A stretch of DNA of 56,634 bases from Salisapilia sapeloensis CBS 127946 (taxonomy: Eukaryota > Protista > Oomycota): NCBI GenBank assembly GCA_023334545.1, contig JAADVB010000111.1, forward strand, positions 1 to 56,634, in the 5' to 3' direction. The translations under genes and the position numbers were made by a program. Positions within the stretch are counted from its first letter, which is position 1. Every line of letters begins with the position of its first letter. This document shows, piece by piece, positions 1-11,820 of the stretch. The notes beneath the pieces were generated by a model. That model was not told the origin of the DNA. It saw only the letters and a program-made list of their open reading frames with translations, and made no database searches.

Positions 1-570
1 ATCTTTCACTGAGCGTATGTCGCCAATGACTTCTATGATGGAGTGGCCAATACCTCTAGACTAGGCTACACGGCTTTGTTTGTTGTCGTCGAAACATGTA
101 TGTGGAGAAACCGCTTCAGAAACGATGATGGTTATTCAAAGGAGTATAGCTGTACTTCTATGGCAACCAGTTCCAGTCAGATACACATCAAGAGGCTGAA
201 CAGCGTGCCACGAAACATAGGATACTGCCAACCCCTTTTGCATGAATTGTCTTGGATATATAAACCTAGATCGTGTTCGGACTGACTACCGGCTCGGCAT
301 AATTGGGGATGTTCCTTTTGTAATTGTATTCATGATAATCGAATTGGGCAATTTCGCGTACACTGAGAATCGTCCATTTTCTTTGCTACTTGCCATTGGA
401 AACTTACCGTGACACTTCAATATAGGTTTTCCACTGAACGAGGAGTACAAAAACAAATGATTGTTCGCATTTGATGCAATCAGGAGGAAAGGATCTTCGA
501 AAGGACTCCAAGGCATGCCTGGTGCTCGACATGTGCAAATTTGAAAAAGCGCGCGAGACTTGGTGAGCTT

Positions 571-716
571 TTCGATTTACTTGCGCTATTGAGCTCTTCG
601 CTATTATTTCGGCACACAGTACAGTGGTGGATGGAATGATTGGTCGATATTTGCGACTCTCACTGTACACCGTCCCATTGAAATGACGAAGAGCTCAATG
701 TTGCAAGTAAATCGAA
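571..716. repeat. Imperfect inverted repeat / long foldback (30-bp outer arms 571-600 and 687-716, with further inner pairing)
   Basis: The reverse complement of 571-600 is CGAAGAGCTCAATAGCGCAAGTAAATCGAA; 687-716 is CGAAGAGCTCAATGTTGCAAGTAAATCGAA (27/30 identical). Inner pairs: ATTTC 606-610 with GAAAT 680-684, GTACAGTG 619-626 with CACTGTAC 661-668, GTCG 643-646 with CGAC 654-657. Confidence 0.85.
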
Positions 717-2608
717 TACAACTTCAAGCAGAATGACTTACGACGAGAAACGTGATATGCTCGACACTATTCCCCATTAAACTATGAAAGAGGAGTGGAC
801 GATATGCATAAATAGGAATGGAAAGGTAGATAGTGACGCACGAGTAGGATGAACTGCCAAAGACTCAAGTATTGATTTCTATTACAGTTTTTGCATGTTT
901 GTTTTTATACTGTCTCAAATGTCTTGCATTATACACGAGTATCTGCTCAACGAACTTAGTCTTACTGTGCAACTAAGTTCAGCTTATGAATGCATTGACT
1001 TCTGCATGTTTCACTGTCTAAACGATATTTCAAAACATGATGTATTCATGCCAACTTTTTTTACTCTTGTTTACTTTTATTCATGCTGCAAGGTTGCTTT
1101 TTAGACATAGTGACAATTTAACCTCGCGTAATACCAAATTTTCGCATGTCCTATCATTATAGACCTGATGTATGAAGATTGATGGGAAATGGATGGGGAA
1201 TATTTTCAAACCCTGGTCAGGACAATCTAAAGTATGGTTTTCGTTCTAATAAGGTGTACACAGAGCTAAAGCTTGGAAGGTATGCTGTTTATGTATAAAT
1301 CAGATGACACGACGAGTCGAATGCATTTGGCTAAAGACGGTGGTAAGCTAGCACGGTGTCAACGTATCATTTCTTTATCAATTTAACTGTACGCGATAAA
1401 TCTTTCTCTGCCCTTGGATGAGTACAAATGGTCAGAATTATACACGGAGCTGAAACTGCTTGCATGATACGCCAAGGTTTTGTCGACCGTGAAGAGTAGA
1501 AAGAACCCATGCAATGCCTTAACACAATTTCAATTCATTCCTCCTGTAAACTACTAGCAATTAAGTGATGTTTGGCCCAGTTTCAAAGTAGCGATGACAA
1601 CAACATTTGATCAAGTAAGCTACTGATAGCGGATAAAGTCTGGTTATGGAGTCAGAAAATTATCCTAGAAGACGACTTTGCGTGAATGATCCATGCAGGT
1701 ACTTTAAAATTTAGCCCGTACTTTCGCATTTAGTCATGTAAATCTTCAAGCGCATCGCTTCTCACTTTATTTATGTTGTATATAAGTAAGCTCAGTCATT
1801 TTCATATAGTTATGAGACGGTGCCATATGCGCACTTTTTACAATCTTGAAGACAGGTGAATATCGAAGTCCGTCCTTGTGATTAGTGACGTGCATCATGA
1901 TAATATCGACTACAAGATTTAGTCTACAGCATTCCAATTAGAAATACCGTTTGAGTTATCCTTCAACTAATTTATTGTCGATTGTGTGAAAGATAGATGC
2001 GTTGCAAAGCATCATCTCTAAAGAGCAGTCAAATAGTCGGCTGAACCTTCTTCAGATAGGACAGATAAAGAATCTACAAACAACTTGAAAATTGCAGCTT
2101 CGAATTTTACACATGGCGTATGCATTAGTACTGCATCTTTGCTACTTAAAATACTTAGTAGAAGGCAAGTCTGAATCCTTAGGCAAAGAGTAATGAAGCA
2201 ATGGCTATCTGAAGTTCTATCGAGTTAATTTACTTTGTTTAAATGCACACTAACACACGCATTATAGCTATCACGTTTGAATAGATAAATGGTATAAATT
2301 AAACATTCTATTGTGTGATTCGAGCTGCCATGAAATCTGATCATTTTAAGTACGTGGTATATCTAGCAACTACACGCAGCTCAATGCATATCTTTGGTAC
2401 AATTTCAAATAGACTTTATATTTATCGAAAAGCTAGCTCTACTTTCCTTCTTGGCTTACTTTAACGACTTAAGTAGCAAAACTTATTGTTTTGTATATCT
2501 TTAGCAAAATCAGTTTTAAACGTGAGATACATAAAAGTCGGACTCCTTTTAATGTCAATGTCCGTACTAGGTCTTCTCAAGACAAATGCATGACTACTAG
2601 CATAAAAG

Positions 2609-2681
2609 TATCAACGGCCGGGTTCGAACCAGCGACCTTCTGCGTGTAAAGCAGACGTGATAACCACTACACCACGCTGAC
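2609..2681 (-). tRNA. tRNA-Val(TAC): tRNA-Val (anticodon TAC)
   Basis: Minus strand GTCAGCG-TG-GTGTAGTGGTTATCAC-G-TCTGC-TT[TAC]AC-GCAGA-AGGTC-GCTGG-TTCGAAC-CCGGC-CGTTGAT-A forms a complete 73-nt cloverleaf with A and B boxes. It is followed by CTTTT (Pol III terminator). Confidence 0.97.
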
Positions 2682-3157
2682 AAAACATAAAGATATAATA
2701 ATAATATTTATACATAGCATTGATAGTGATGTGGTAAAACTGTCAACTTAAACTGGCGAACTGGGATGGAAAATGTTCTCAACGTCTGAGCAAGATTTTG
2801 TTAAAACGACGTGTTCAATAAAGCAACAATTAAAGATATATTTGCTAAATGGAACTAAGATTCGACAACTATGAATATTGATTGAGCATCAATTCATTAT
2901 AATCCAAACTGCAATAGAAGTAGTAGACTTTATTTTCATTTCATCATATATACACTTCCAAAATTGTCGTGTCATTTCCGCTGATATCAACATGCTTAGC
3001 GAGACTGAGTTTAGCCATAAGATGTTTGGAGTAGACCGGAGTAAACTAGTCCGACCATTTGAGCGCTATAAACACCCAAGTAACCGAAAAGCTTTTCATT
3101 GAAAATTTGAGCTCAATGTGCACTCTACGTTGAGTAACAAGTAGTAGTGGGCATCTT

Positions 3158-4151
3158 TTAGTTTTTAATGGACCGGCCTGTGTTGCTTTTTGTTCGAAGG
3201 ATACGCTCCATCCATCTTAAAGTATGTGATAGACGAAGGTAGACGTTGGGTCTGGTTCCGCATCTGCGAGTCACGCATGTCGTGATACCAATTTGCTATT
3301 CCTTTAGCATTAATGGGCTACCAAAGTCCCTCTATACATTGCTTCAGCATGAACAAACTGATCGATAAAGTTGGGATTACCAGCGCAAAGGTGGCTGTCT
3401 ACGATTGCGTTTGTATACCACCTCTGGCAATCATCCTTCGGTGCAAACTGCAGTTGGACGCGTTGTAGTTGCATTGATACATGTGGCATAACGTACGATC
3501 AGCTCCATTGTGAAAGGCTCCGGCAGTGTCCAAGCCATATATGTCCACTTGAAAATCAACCCAGTTAGGGCGCTTACTTACCTGTTCACGTGACAAATCA
3601 TATTTGACAAAGTAACGTTACTGTTTAGATACATCACGCTGTAGTATCACGATGCCTTCATCGTATTTACCCATAGAGCTATCCCATCTATCAAAGTAGT
3701 CCCGAGGCACATCGTCATCACTCACTTTAGTCTGTTTGCCTGAAGTAACGTCGCCGATGAAGTTCGTCCCGATAAAACATACAAATCTTCTTTAGCAGTG
3801 TTCCCGACATGTTCCCGATGTTCATTTCTTTCAATATTAACGACGCACTGTGCTGCTGTCAAGACAAGTCGACTTGCTATTAGTGTTCCACCATAACAAT
3901 TTGTTCCCTCTGCTCTTTGACGTATATCAACGATGAATTTGACCTCGTCAAATCAGCGTTCTCGCCGTCGTTAATTCGATTTTCAACACTCTGCTTCGAA
4001 GTCGGATTGACTGTGCTCGGTACGTCTCCACCTGAAACCCTTGGCGGTGTCTTGCTAGTCACTTTTCACCTCTTGCGGAAGCGGATCAGATATACAGTAT
4101 CAGTAGTACGGTGATCAAAAGACCAAGATGAAGTAAGTATGTACTTTGCAT
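3158..4151 (-). pseudogene. Degraded secreted trypsin/chymotrypsin-like (S1) serine protease homolog
   Basis: Manual minus-strand translation across frames gives, in S1 order: signal-peptide-like MQSTYLLHLGLLITVLLILYI*SASA (ATG 4151), activation-site-like NRINDGENAD, CYGGTLIASRLVLTAAQC (3898-3845), YDEGIVILQRDV, LQRVQLQFAPKDDCQRWYTNAIVDSHLCAG, GDFGSPL (~3331-3311), and CGTRPNVYLRLSHTLRWM. There are several in-frame stops (e.g. TAG 3298-3296) and frameshifts. Confidence 0.85.
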
Positions 4152-5082
4152 GATCCAAATTCTTTGTTTCCTCATTTAAAAGTGAACATGAGCTTTGTTT
4201 CTTGGAAACGACAAGAAGACGAGGTATTCTAATTGTAAATATATTCACGACATTAAAGGGTATATCGTCATAGTTTGCGAGAAATTTTTCTGCTTCTAAT
4301 TGAATGATAGGCTCGATAGTGTCTGCTTACGGACGACTGACATTTTGGCCAGGTATGATCCGAGAGCTACCTCATTCGAATAGCATTTTGTTCTATGCCC
4401 CTTTACTCAAAAAGCTCAGCATGATGATCAAGAAGCGCGAGTTAGTCTATCGAAACCTTTGTCCAAAGGCATGATTCCAGTGTAATTCGAAGAGATTTCA
4501 AAATATGCTTCAAGGTATGGTACGCGCGAATTAATTGTACTTTTCGTTTCCATTCAATGCTGCTAGACCAATGATATGTCTACGATTTCTATCTGGTCAC
4601 CGCACCAGAAGGCATAGATACATTTAAGGATAGGCCAAATGCACAATGACCTATATATATCACTTCGGCAGAGGTCCATCACCAGAGATGATCCTAGCGT
4701 TGCGAAGATAATTCTACACAAAGACATACGAAAACTACCCGTATCCACTGACTCAGCGCCAACAGGTGTCGTATACTTTAGAATGTAGCTTTCGCTGTAT
4801 AGAGTGCATCCGTCAGTTTACAAATTTTAATGCATGGCTCATAGCTACAATGCATGATGTGTTCAGCAAAAGCCTTTTGATCGTCCTAGTTCGAGTCTTA
4901 CCTAATCTAGACAACATGATCGCATAGCGAGCCACCAGCGACGAACAACAGCCACTATATACCTTTATATAGCAACTTTTCGTTGCAATCCAAGGAGATT
5001 ATCAGGTACTCCCTACAAATGAAATATTGGGCTCCTCTGCCGAGGCTCTCATGCCCGCAGATCACTTTAACACTTTTCACCG

Positions 5083-5775
5083 ATGGGATTCTTCGGACGC
5101 AAAGGCAACCGTGGCGAAGGCAACGGCAATAGCGCCTCATCACATTCTTCCCAGGATGAAGAGTCTGGGTTACTACGTCGAGCAATCGGCTCCGTTAGCT
5201 CGTACACTGGCGGGCATCACCCGATCGTTGGTGCTCGGTCCGTGCTAGCTGACTTCTTTGACTTTATCCAGCAAGGCAATATGATCGACCTTGCCATTGG
5301 TCTCATCCTCGGTCAAGCTTTCCAACGGATCTTGAACTCATTCGTTGTGGACATCTTGACACCGGTCATCAGTCTCTTTTCCGAACGCAGTATTTCCAAT
5401 TACTACTACATTGCTCGCTGTCCAAACAAATCGCCAGGGTGTGATGTCCATACATGGGAGACATGGGATGAAGGTACATTGATTGTCTTTTGTTCCAAGC
5501 TATGAAATCATTCATAAGTACTGACTTGTATTCTAGCGAGAGATGCTGGCGCCGTGACGATCAACTATGGCTTGTTCGCAGAGAACGTGATCAACTTTCT
5601 CATCAACGCTCTCTTCCTCTATGTCACCGTGAAACAGCTCTTCGAGTGGGTCTTTAAGCGTAACATTGTGACCAAGAAACAATGTCAGTATTGCAAGGAA
5701 TTTGTCAAAGGCTCTGCCCTTGTATGCAAGAATTGTGGATCTACGATGCAAAAGCCAGAAGAAAGTCAGAGCTAA
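5083..5775 (+). CDS. mscL: Large-conductance mechanosensitive channel (MscL family) with C-terminal zinc-ribbon motif; join(5083..5473,5537..5775)
   Basis: MscL signature FFDFIQQGNMIDLAIGLILGQAFQRILNSFVVDILTPVI, and after a 63-nt GT-AG intron (5474-5536, branch CTGAC) ARDAGAVTINYGLFAENVINFLINALFLY. The C-terminus has CQYC-x10-CKNC. Confidence 0.92.
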
Positions 5776-6400
5776 GCATCTAACTAGGACAATGTGCTTG
5801 CCATTAAAGTGCTTGTCGTATACCTTTTATGTCGCTTTCAAATGAGATAAGAATTAGAAGCAATAAACTCCATCTTGCATAAATCAGAGTATCTCCATCT
5901 GTATCCATTCTACCATCATGAAAGAGCAAATGCTGATTAAAAGCTTAGCATGCATGTCTTCCCCTATTTGATAGGAAGTAGATGCCACATAGTAACTGGT
6001 ATACAGCTACCACTTACTTAGATAAAAGATACTATGATATCTTTTAACCGTCTTGAACTACACGCCGACCTGTGCAGAAAGTCATATCGTTCTATCGACC
6101 GGCAACCTGTCGTCCGAATGTGGAAAGCATCCTCTAAGAGCTCCTCACTTCTATCTTCTACATCCATGCTAACGCGATATATCCATCCTCCTAAGACACA
6201 CCACTATCACCCTCAATACTACCAACATCAAGTCGCTCAGATGAAATGGATACATCCCTTTGTATCTTTGGATCATTCAACATAGAGCGTATCCTGGGAT
6301 AAATCCCATTCGCATCTAGCGCATCCAGGTACATATCTGACTCCTTTCGAATTTGCACCAATATAATCCTCTAAAACTGATTTTCCGCCAATCGCATCGA

Positions 6401-9400
6401 ATGGGTTCAACCGAGCGAAGACAGCACCCAAGACGTCATTCGCCTAACTGCTGCGGTCCAGGAGGAAGGATGCATCCTGTTCGCGTCAAGATCCTAGCAG
6501 CCAAGGGGCTGCTAGCTGCCGGACCGAATGGCACGAGTGACCCGTATGTCGTCATGAGTCTTTTGAATTCGAAAGATGAGGAGATGACGGAAGGAGGGAC
6601 GTTTAAGACCCAGCCAGCTCGACGGACAGTGAATCCAGAATGGAACGAAGAGTTTGTCATTGGTGATAAGATGGACTTGCGTGGTGCAACCACGTTGCGA
6701 CTCAAGATCATGGATCTCAAGACCGTCCTCGCAGACGAAGTCCTCGGTGTCGTCGACATTCCTGTCCACATCTTTGTCAATCTCGAAGAGACCGTAAGTA
6801 CTAACATCTTATCTTTCTCTTCATAAATCCTAATTACATCTACTCTAGATTGACAATTGGTATCAAGTGACGAAATTCCGATCTATGCGAATGGATGCGA
6901 CGGGAGAGCTGCATGTCGTCTTAGAGAGTGCTGCCAAGGTTCGAAAAGCTAATTTACAAGCTCCGAACATGTTGGTTGTTTCTCTAGAGTCCGGGAATAA
7001 CCTCCTGGCGATGGATGACAATGGTACATCAAGTGATCCGTTCGTGACGTTGACGCTAGGAGATCAAAAGCACCGATCGACAGTGCATAAGAAGACTCTG
7101 AAACCTCATTGGAACGAAAAGTTTGTCTTTGAAGCGAGTTCGAATAAAGAGAAACTTTCGCTACAAGTCGAAGATGAAGACATTACCATCAACGACTTCA
7201 TTGGACGTGCAGACGTCGAGCTCAAGCAGCTCGAACCGCATGTCAAGACACCTATGACGCTTACACTTGGTAATAGCAAGGGTAAGAAGGATAAACTTGA
7301 ACGAGGCACATTAAGTATCTCTCTTCTCTGGACGTTTCACGAAGAAGCTGCGAAACTCGCCAAGAAGAAGGAGACGTCGGTGCTAACGCAGATGATGACA
7401 ACCTTGAATCTCGGTGTACCAGACGCAGATGAAGATGTGTACTCTGGAGAAGACGAGACGGAGGATCAAGGTCGTAATGATAAGCAAAAGGTAATGACGG
7501 ATGAAGAGCGTCGGTTGAAAGAAGAGGAGGAACGCAAGAGACGGGAGGAAGTGTTGAATGAATTGCGTAGTATCGAGGTGAAAAGCGGTGATTACACCAT
7601 CCACGTGCATGTTCTCGAAGCTCGTGACCTTGTCCCAAAGGATGCCACAGGTACATCCGATCCAGTCGTATACGTGACTGTCTTGGATGAAGAGCAGCAG
7701 ACGATGGTCAAGAACCAGACACTCAGTTGCGTCTGGGATGACCTCTTGATCTTCAACATGCGTAATCTCGACAAGTCGGAAGTCGAAATGGGATTCGTCC
7801 GACTTGATGTCATGGACGCGAATACGGTGCAACGTGCTGAGCTCATCGGTAGCGCCCAATTCGACCTTTCGTACATTTACTCGCAACGTAATCACATGCT
7901 CGCAAACGCTTGGTTGGGTCTCACGGACATGGGTAACATGAAGAACAAGGGCATCCAAGGCTACCTCCGAGCATCCATCTCGATCGTCGGTCCTGGTGAC
8001 AAGTTGATTACACCTCCCGATCCATGGGTCTTGGACGACCCGGGCGCGAATCTCGAAGTGCTCATGCCGAAAAGTGTCGAACAAAGCGTCAACTTCGTCG
8101 CCGTGACAGTCCACCGAGCAGAACACTTGCCACCCATGGACGTCAGTGTCCTAGCTTCGAATCGAGGTCTAGACGCTTACGTCGCGGCATCCATTGCAGG
8201 CGAAAGTCCCGTACGGACGCGTGTCAAGTCTCGAAAAGGCGATCGGAAGAAGAACTTGAACGCGAGTTTCCATGAAGACCTCGTCTTGGTAGTGCGTGAA
8301 CCTTCCATGGCTGACAGCATCCACATTGGTGTCTACGATTGGGATAAAGTAGGCGAGAATGAGTCCGTTGGCTTCATCTACCAGAGCGTCAAGGCTGTGA
8401 AAGCCTGTGGTGGTCGCATGGGTCCATTCTGGGCGAACATCTACGGCGGTCCACTCCTTGGTCTAAGCGTTGGGACATCTGTGCTGGATCAAATGAACCG
8501 ACATCCAGAGATGGGGACGACTTATCGCGGTCGTGTCCTCCTCTCTCTTCGTATGCTCGAGAACGAAGATAATGATCGAGAGGAAGTGAATCGAAAGGAG
8601 AATGCTAAGAAACTCCCGAGAGACTTGTACCCCAAGACACGTGTATATCGTATGCGTGCACACTTTGTTCTTGGTAGTGAAATCCCTCGTTTAAATAGTG
8701 CAAAGCACTTGGGACAAAACAGTAAGATGCAACTTGTCATGACGTGCGGATTAGAAGAAATTGCTTCGATTCGTGCGAAGAATAAAAAAGGGGTTGTCGA
8801 ATGGAATACCATGGTCGAAAGTGAAAAGATGATCTGGCCGGAAGATACGTCCCAGATACCAGACATCTTTCTCTACTTGTGTCATGACGTTGGCGGAGAT
8901 CGAAAAAGTATTTGTTTCCAACGTTTCTCCGCGAGAGATTTAATGATGACCATGGGCGGATTCAAAAGTGACGTTCAATGGATATCGATGAAAGAGGACA
9001 ATGCATTGGACGCTTTGAAAGACTCGGTTTTCCCTGGAAACGTCCTCTTGCGAATGGGCTTTGGGACGGATGAAGAGTGGAAGGAGACGGTGTGGGATGA
9101 AAAGGAAGTCGAGACCGTACGTCTACGTCACGCTTATCAACTTCGAGTTCACATTTATCAAGGCAGGCGACTCCCTGCAGCCGATGCGAATGGGCTCTTG
9201 AATCCATACTTGACTGTCCATTGCATGGAGGAAGAGAGTCAGAATAAAAGCATTAAAAAGCAGACGCGAGATCCAGTCTGGTACGAGACACAGTGCTTTG
9301 ATGTGCTCCTACCAGACTTGAAATACGCGCCTCAAGTCTTACTTCGTGTCATGCATTTGGATCCTTTTGTAGATGAATTCATCGGTCGAGCAGCTCTCAA

Positions 9401-11747
9401 TATCTCCGACGCGCACGTTCGTTCGAGTGAAGATGTTCGTCAAGGTCGTAAGGATAAGCTTCCCGATCCCAAGTGGTATCCGATTATGCTTCAAGAACCT
9501 GGAGATACACAAGGTGAACTCCTAGCGTCGTTAGAACTGGTGAAGAAAGAGTTTCCGGATGAACAGGTGCCGAGAGCACCTCGGAACTTTTATCCACCCA
9601 TGCGTAAAGCTTGGCTAGAGCTTACTGTCCTTGGACTTCGGAGTATGGAACCTTTCGAGTTCCTACCTATTCAAATGCCTTTCGTAGAGTTCGTTCTAGG
9701 TGGTAGGAACCATGCGAGTCAGGAGATGGTGACAGACCGATCGAAGCGACCGTCTGGACGAGACGCGAATTTCCTCCAACGAATCGTGAAGGAAGTCGAG
9801 CTTCCGGATAATCCCATGTTCGCACCTCGTCTCAATGCCATCGTACGAGACACGAGACTTGGTGGTTTCCGAGAACCGATCGTCGGGTCTACTTCTATCG
9901 ATCTCAAGACGAAAATCCCGTGGAGTAAAGACTATCGGGAACCACAGAGTGATCATTTTGCCGAAATTGAATTCGAAAGTGGTGATGAGATGGATGATGA
10001 TGAAGAGAACATCCGGTCGACGTATCAAAAGGCAGAGCCTTTGATCACGACGAATGATAATGGTGCAGGTGTCTTTGGTGCACTCAAGAGCATGGGACTT
10101 GATAACGATACGTTGTTAGAAGAAACATCTTCTCGTCGATCGAAATCAACGAACGGAGATGATGATCAAGACTTTCGAAAGTACTTGCGTCATCGAGAAC
10201 TCTTGGAAAGTGACCTCGAATCAGAGCTCAAGACTGCACCGTTTGAAAAGTATGCTCTGCATATTGGTAAGAAGAAACGACAGCAGCAGTCGATGCTGTC
10301 GTTCTTTAAGAAAGAGAGGAAGGCGACGGGAGACTCGGCTGGAGGTGGAGGACTGTATAAGATCGCGGGACACTTTAAAGGTCTCGTGCGTGTCATGACG
10401 AGAGAAGATGAGAGTCCGCTCTTAGACTTTGATCGATTGTTGCGAGTCATGCCGTACGAGATTCGAGTCTACGTCTTGAATGGCGAAGGGTTTGCGCCGA
10501 TGGACATCGGATTGAACGGACAAAAGTCCAACTCGGACCCGTACCTTCGTCTAACACTCGGGAAGCACACGCAGAGCGACCGAAAGAACTTTATTCCGGA
10601 TAAAACAGATCCGGACTTTTACAAGATGTGGTCGTTCAATGCATCTCTCCCTGGTGCTAGTCTACTCGAGATTGAAGCCATGGATCATGACTATATCGGA
10701 GGTGACGACTTGATCGGTCGCACGACAATCGACTTGGAAGACCGATTATTCGATACAAGATGGCAGGAAATGGGGAAGAGCTATCAGACGAAGAACCGGC
10801 TTGCACCAAAGCCTTTGGAACGACGTGACATTCGGATCCCGACGTCACGGAATCCAATGGGGAAAATGAGCATGTGGGTCGACATTCTGACACCCGAAGC
10901 GGCACATACGTATCCGCCAGTAGATGTCTCGTTGCCACCACCAGTCGACATGGAACTACGTGTAGTCATTTGGAAAGCCAAGGAAGTGCCGTCGTTTGAT
11001 AAGGCAGAAGACATGAATGATTTGTACTTCCGCTGTTGGATGGAAGGGAACGATCCACAGGAAACAGACATCCATTGGCGTGCACAGAAAGGTGTCGGGT
11101 CATTCAATTGGCGCATGAAGTTCCCACTCGTACTTGGACATAATCAGATGCATTCCAAGATCCCGTACTTCCGTCTCCAAGGATGGGACAAGGATGTCTT
11201 TAGTGCGAACGATGCGATCGGAGAAGAGACGATTAACCTGAAGCAATACTTTGATCGGGCGTACAAGGAAAAGTGTCGCATCCAGTGCTTTGAGGACAGT
11301 CCAGAGGAAGCTCGGAAGAAGAAAAAGTCGGCGGACAACGATGAAGACGCTGTGCGGAAGATTCGAGAGGCCACAGGTCTCTGGAACGACATGGATCCCC
11401 CTGACTCCAAGTGGTTCACTATCAAGAAATACGACCATGCAAGTGGACAACGATCGGATATGGGGCAAGTGTGCATCTCGATGGAACTCGTGCCGGATGA
11501 GAATGCCAAGCAGATGCCCGTCGGATTCGGTCGAAACGAACCGAATAACTCACCCTACCTACCGCCTCCAGCAGGTCGATTGAGCTGGAGCTTGAACCCG
11601 TACAAGGTCCTGAATCAGCTCCTAGGTCCGCGCATTTGCCATCGTCTCACCTGCTGCTTCTGCCTCGTCCTCTTCATCATCATCATCTACTTCCTCGCAC
11701 CATTCATCAACGTTGCCATCGTTACGTTGAGTAGTAGTAGCAAATGA
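6401..11747 (+). CDS. Ferlin-like multi-C2-domain tail-anchored membrane protein; join(6401..6793,6849..11747)
   Basis: A 55-nt intron (6794-6848) joins ORFs 6353 and 6867 in frame (EET|IDNWYQV). About nine C2-like modules are recognisable (e.g. GTSDPYVV, GTSSDPFV, GTSDPVVYV, LLNPYL, SNSDPYL, ELRVVIWKA), plus ferlin C-terminal motifs (TDIHWR, FNWRM, GRNEPN..LPPP.GR) and one C-terminal TM helix. The start codon choice is inferred. Confidence 0.9.
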
Positions 11748-11820
11748 GGAAATATATGACACATGCATGCAACTCGTTCTACTTGGTGCTCCCTCTGTTG
11801 CTTTTTTTAATGTAAAGGTT

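Noticed and set aside
1-670. Possible spliced minus-strand gene (GTAAG donor at ~407, candidate 45- and 55-nt introns; WD40-like WSPFEDPFLLIAS in one frame)
   Set aside because: I could not build a single frame with a recognisable domain, and the alternatives conflict. Left unannotated.
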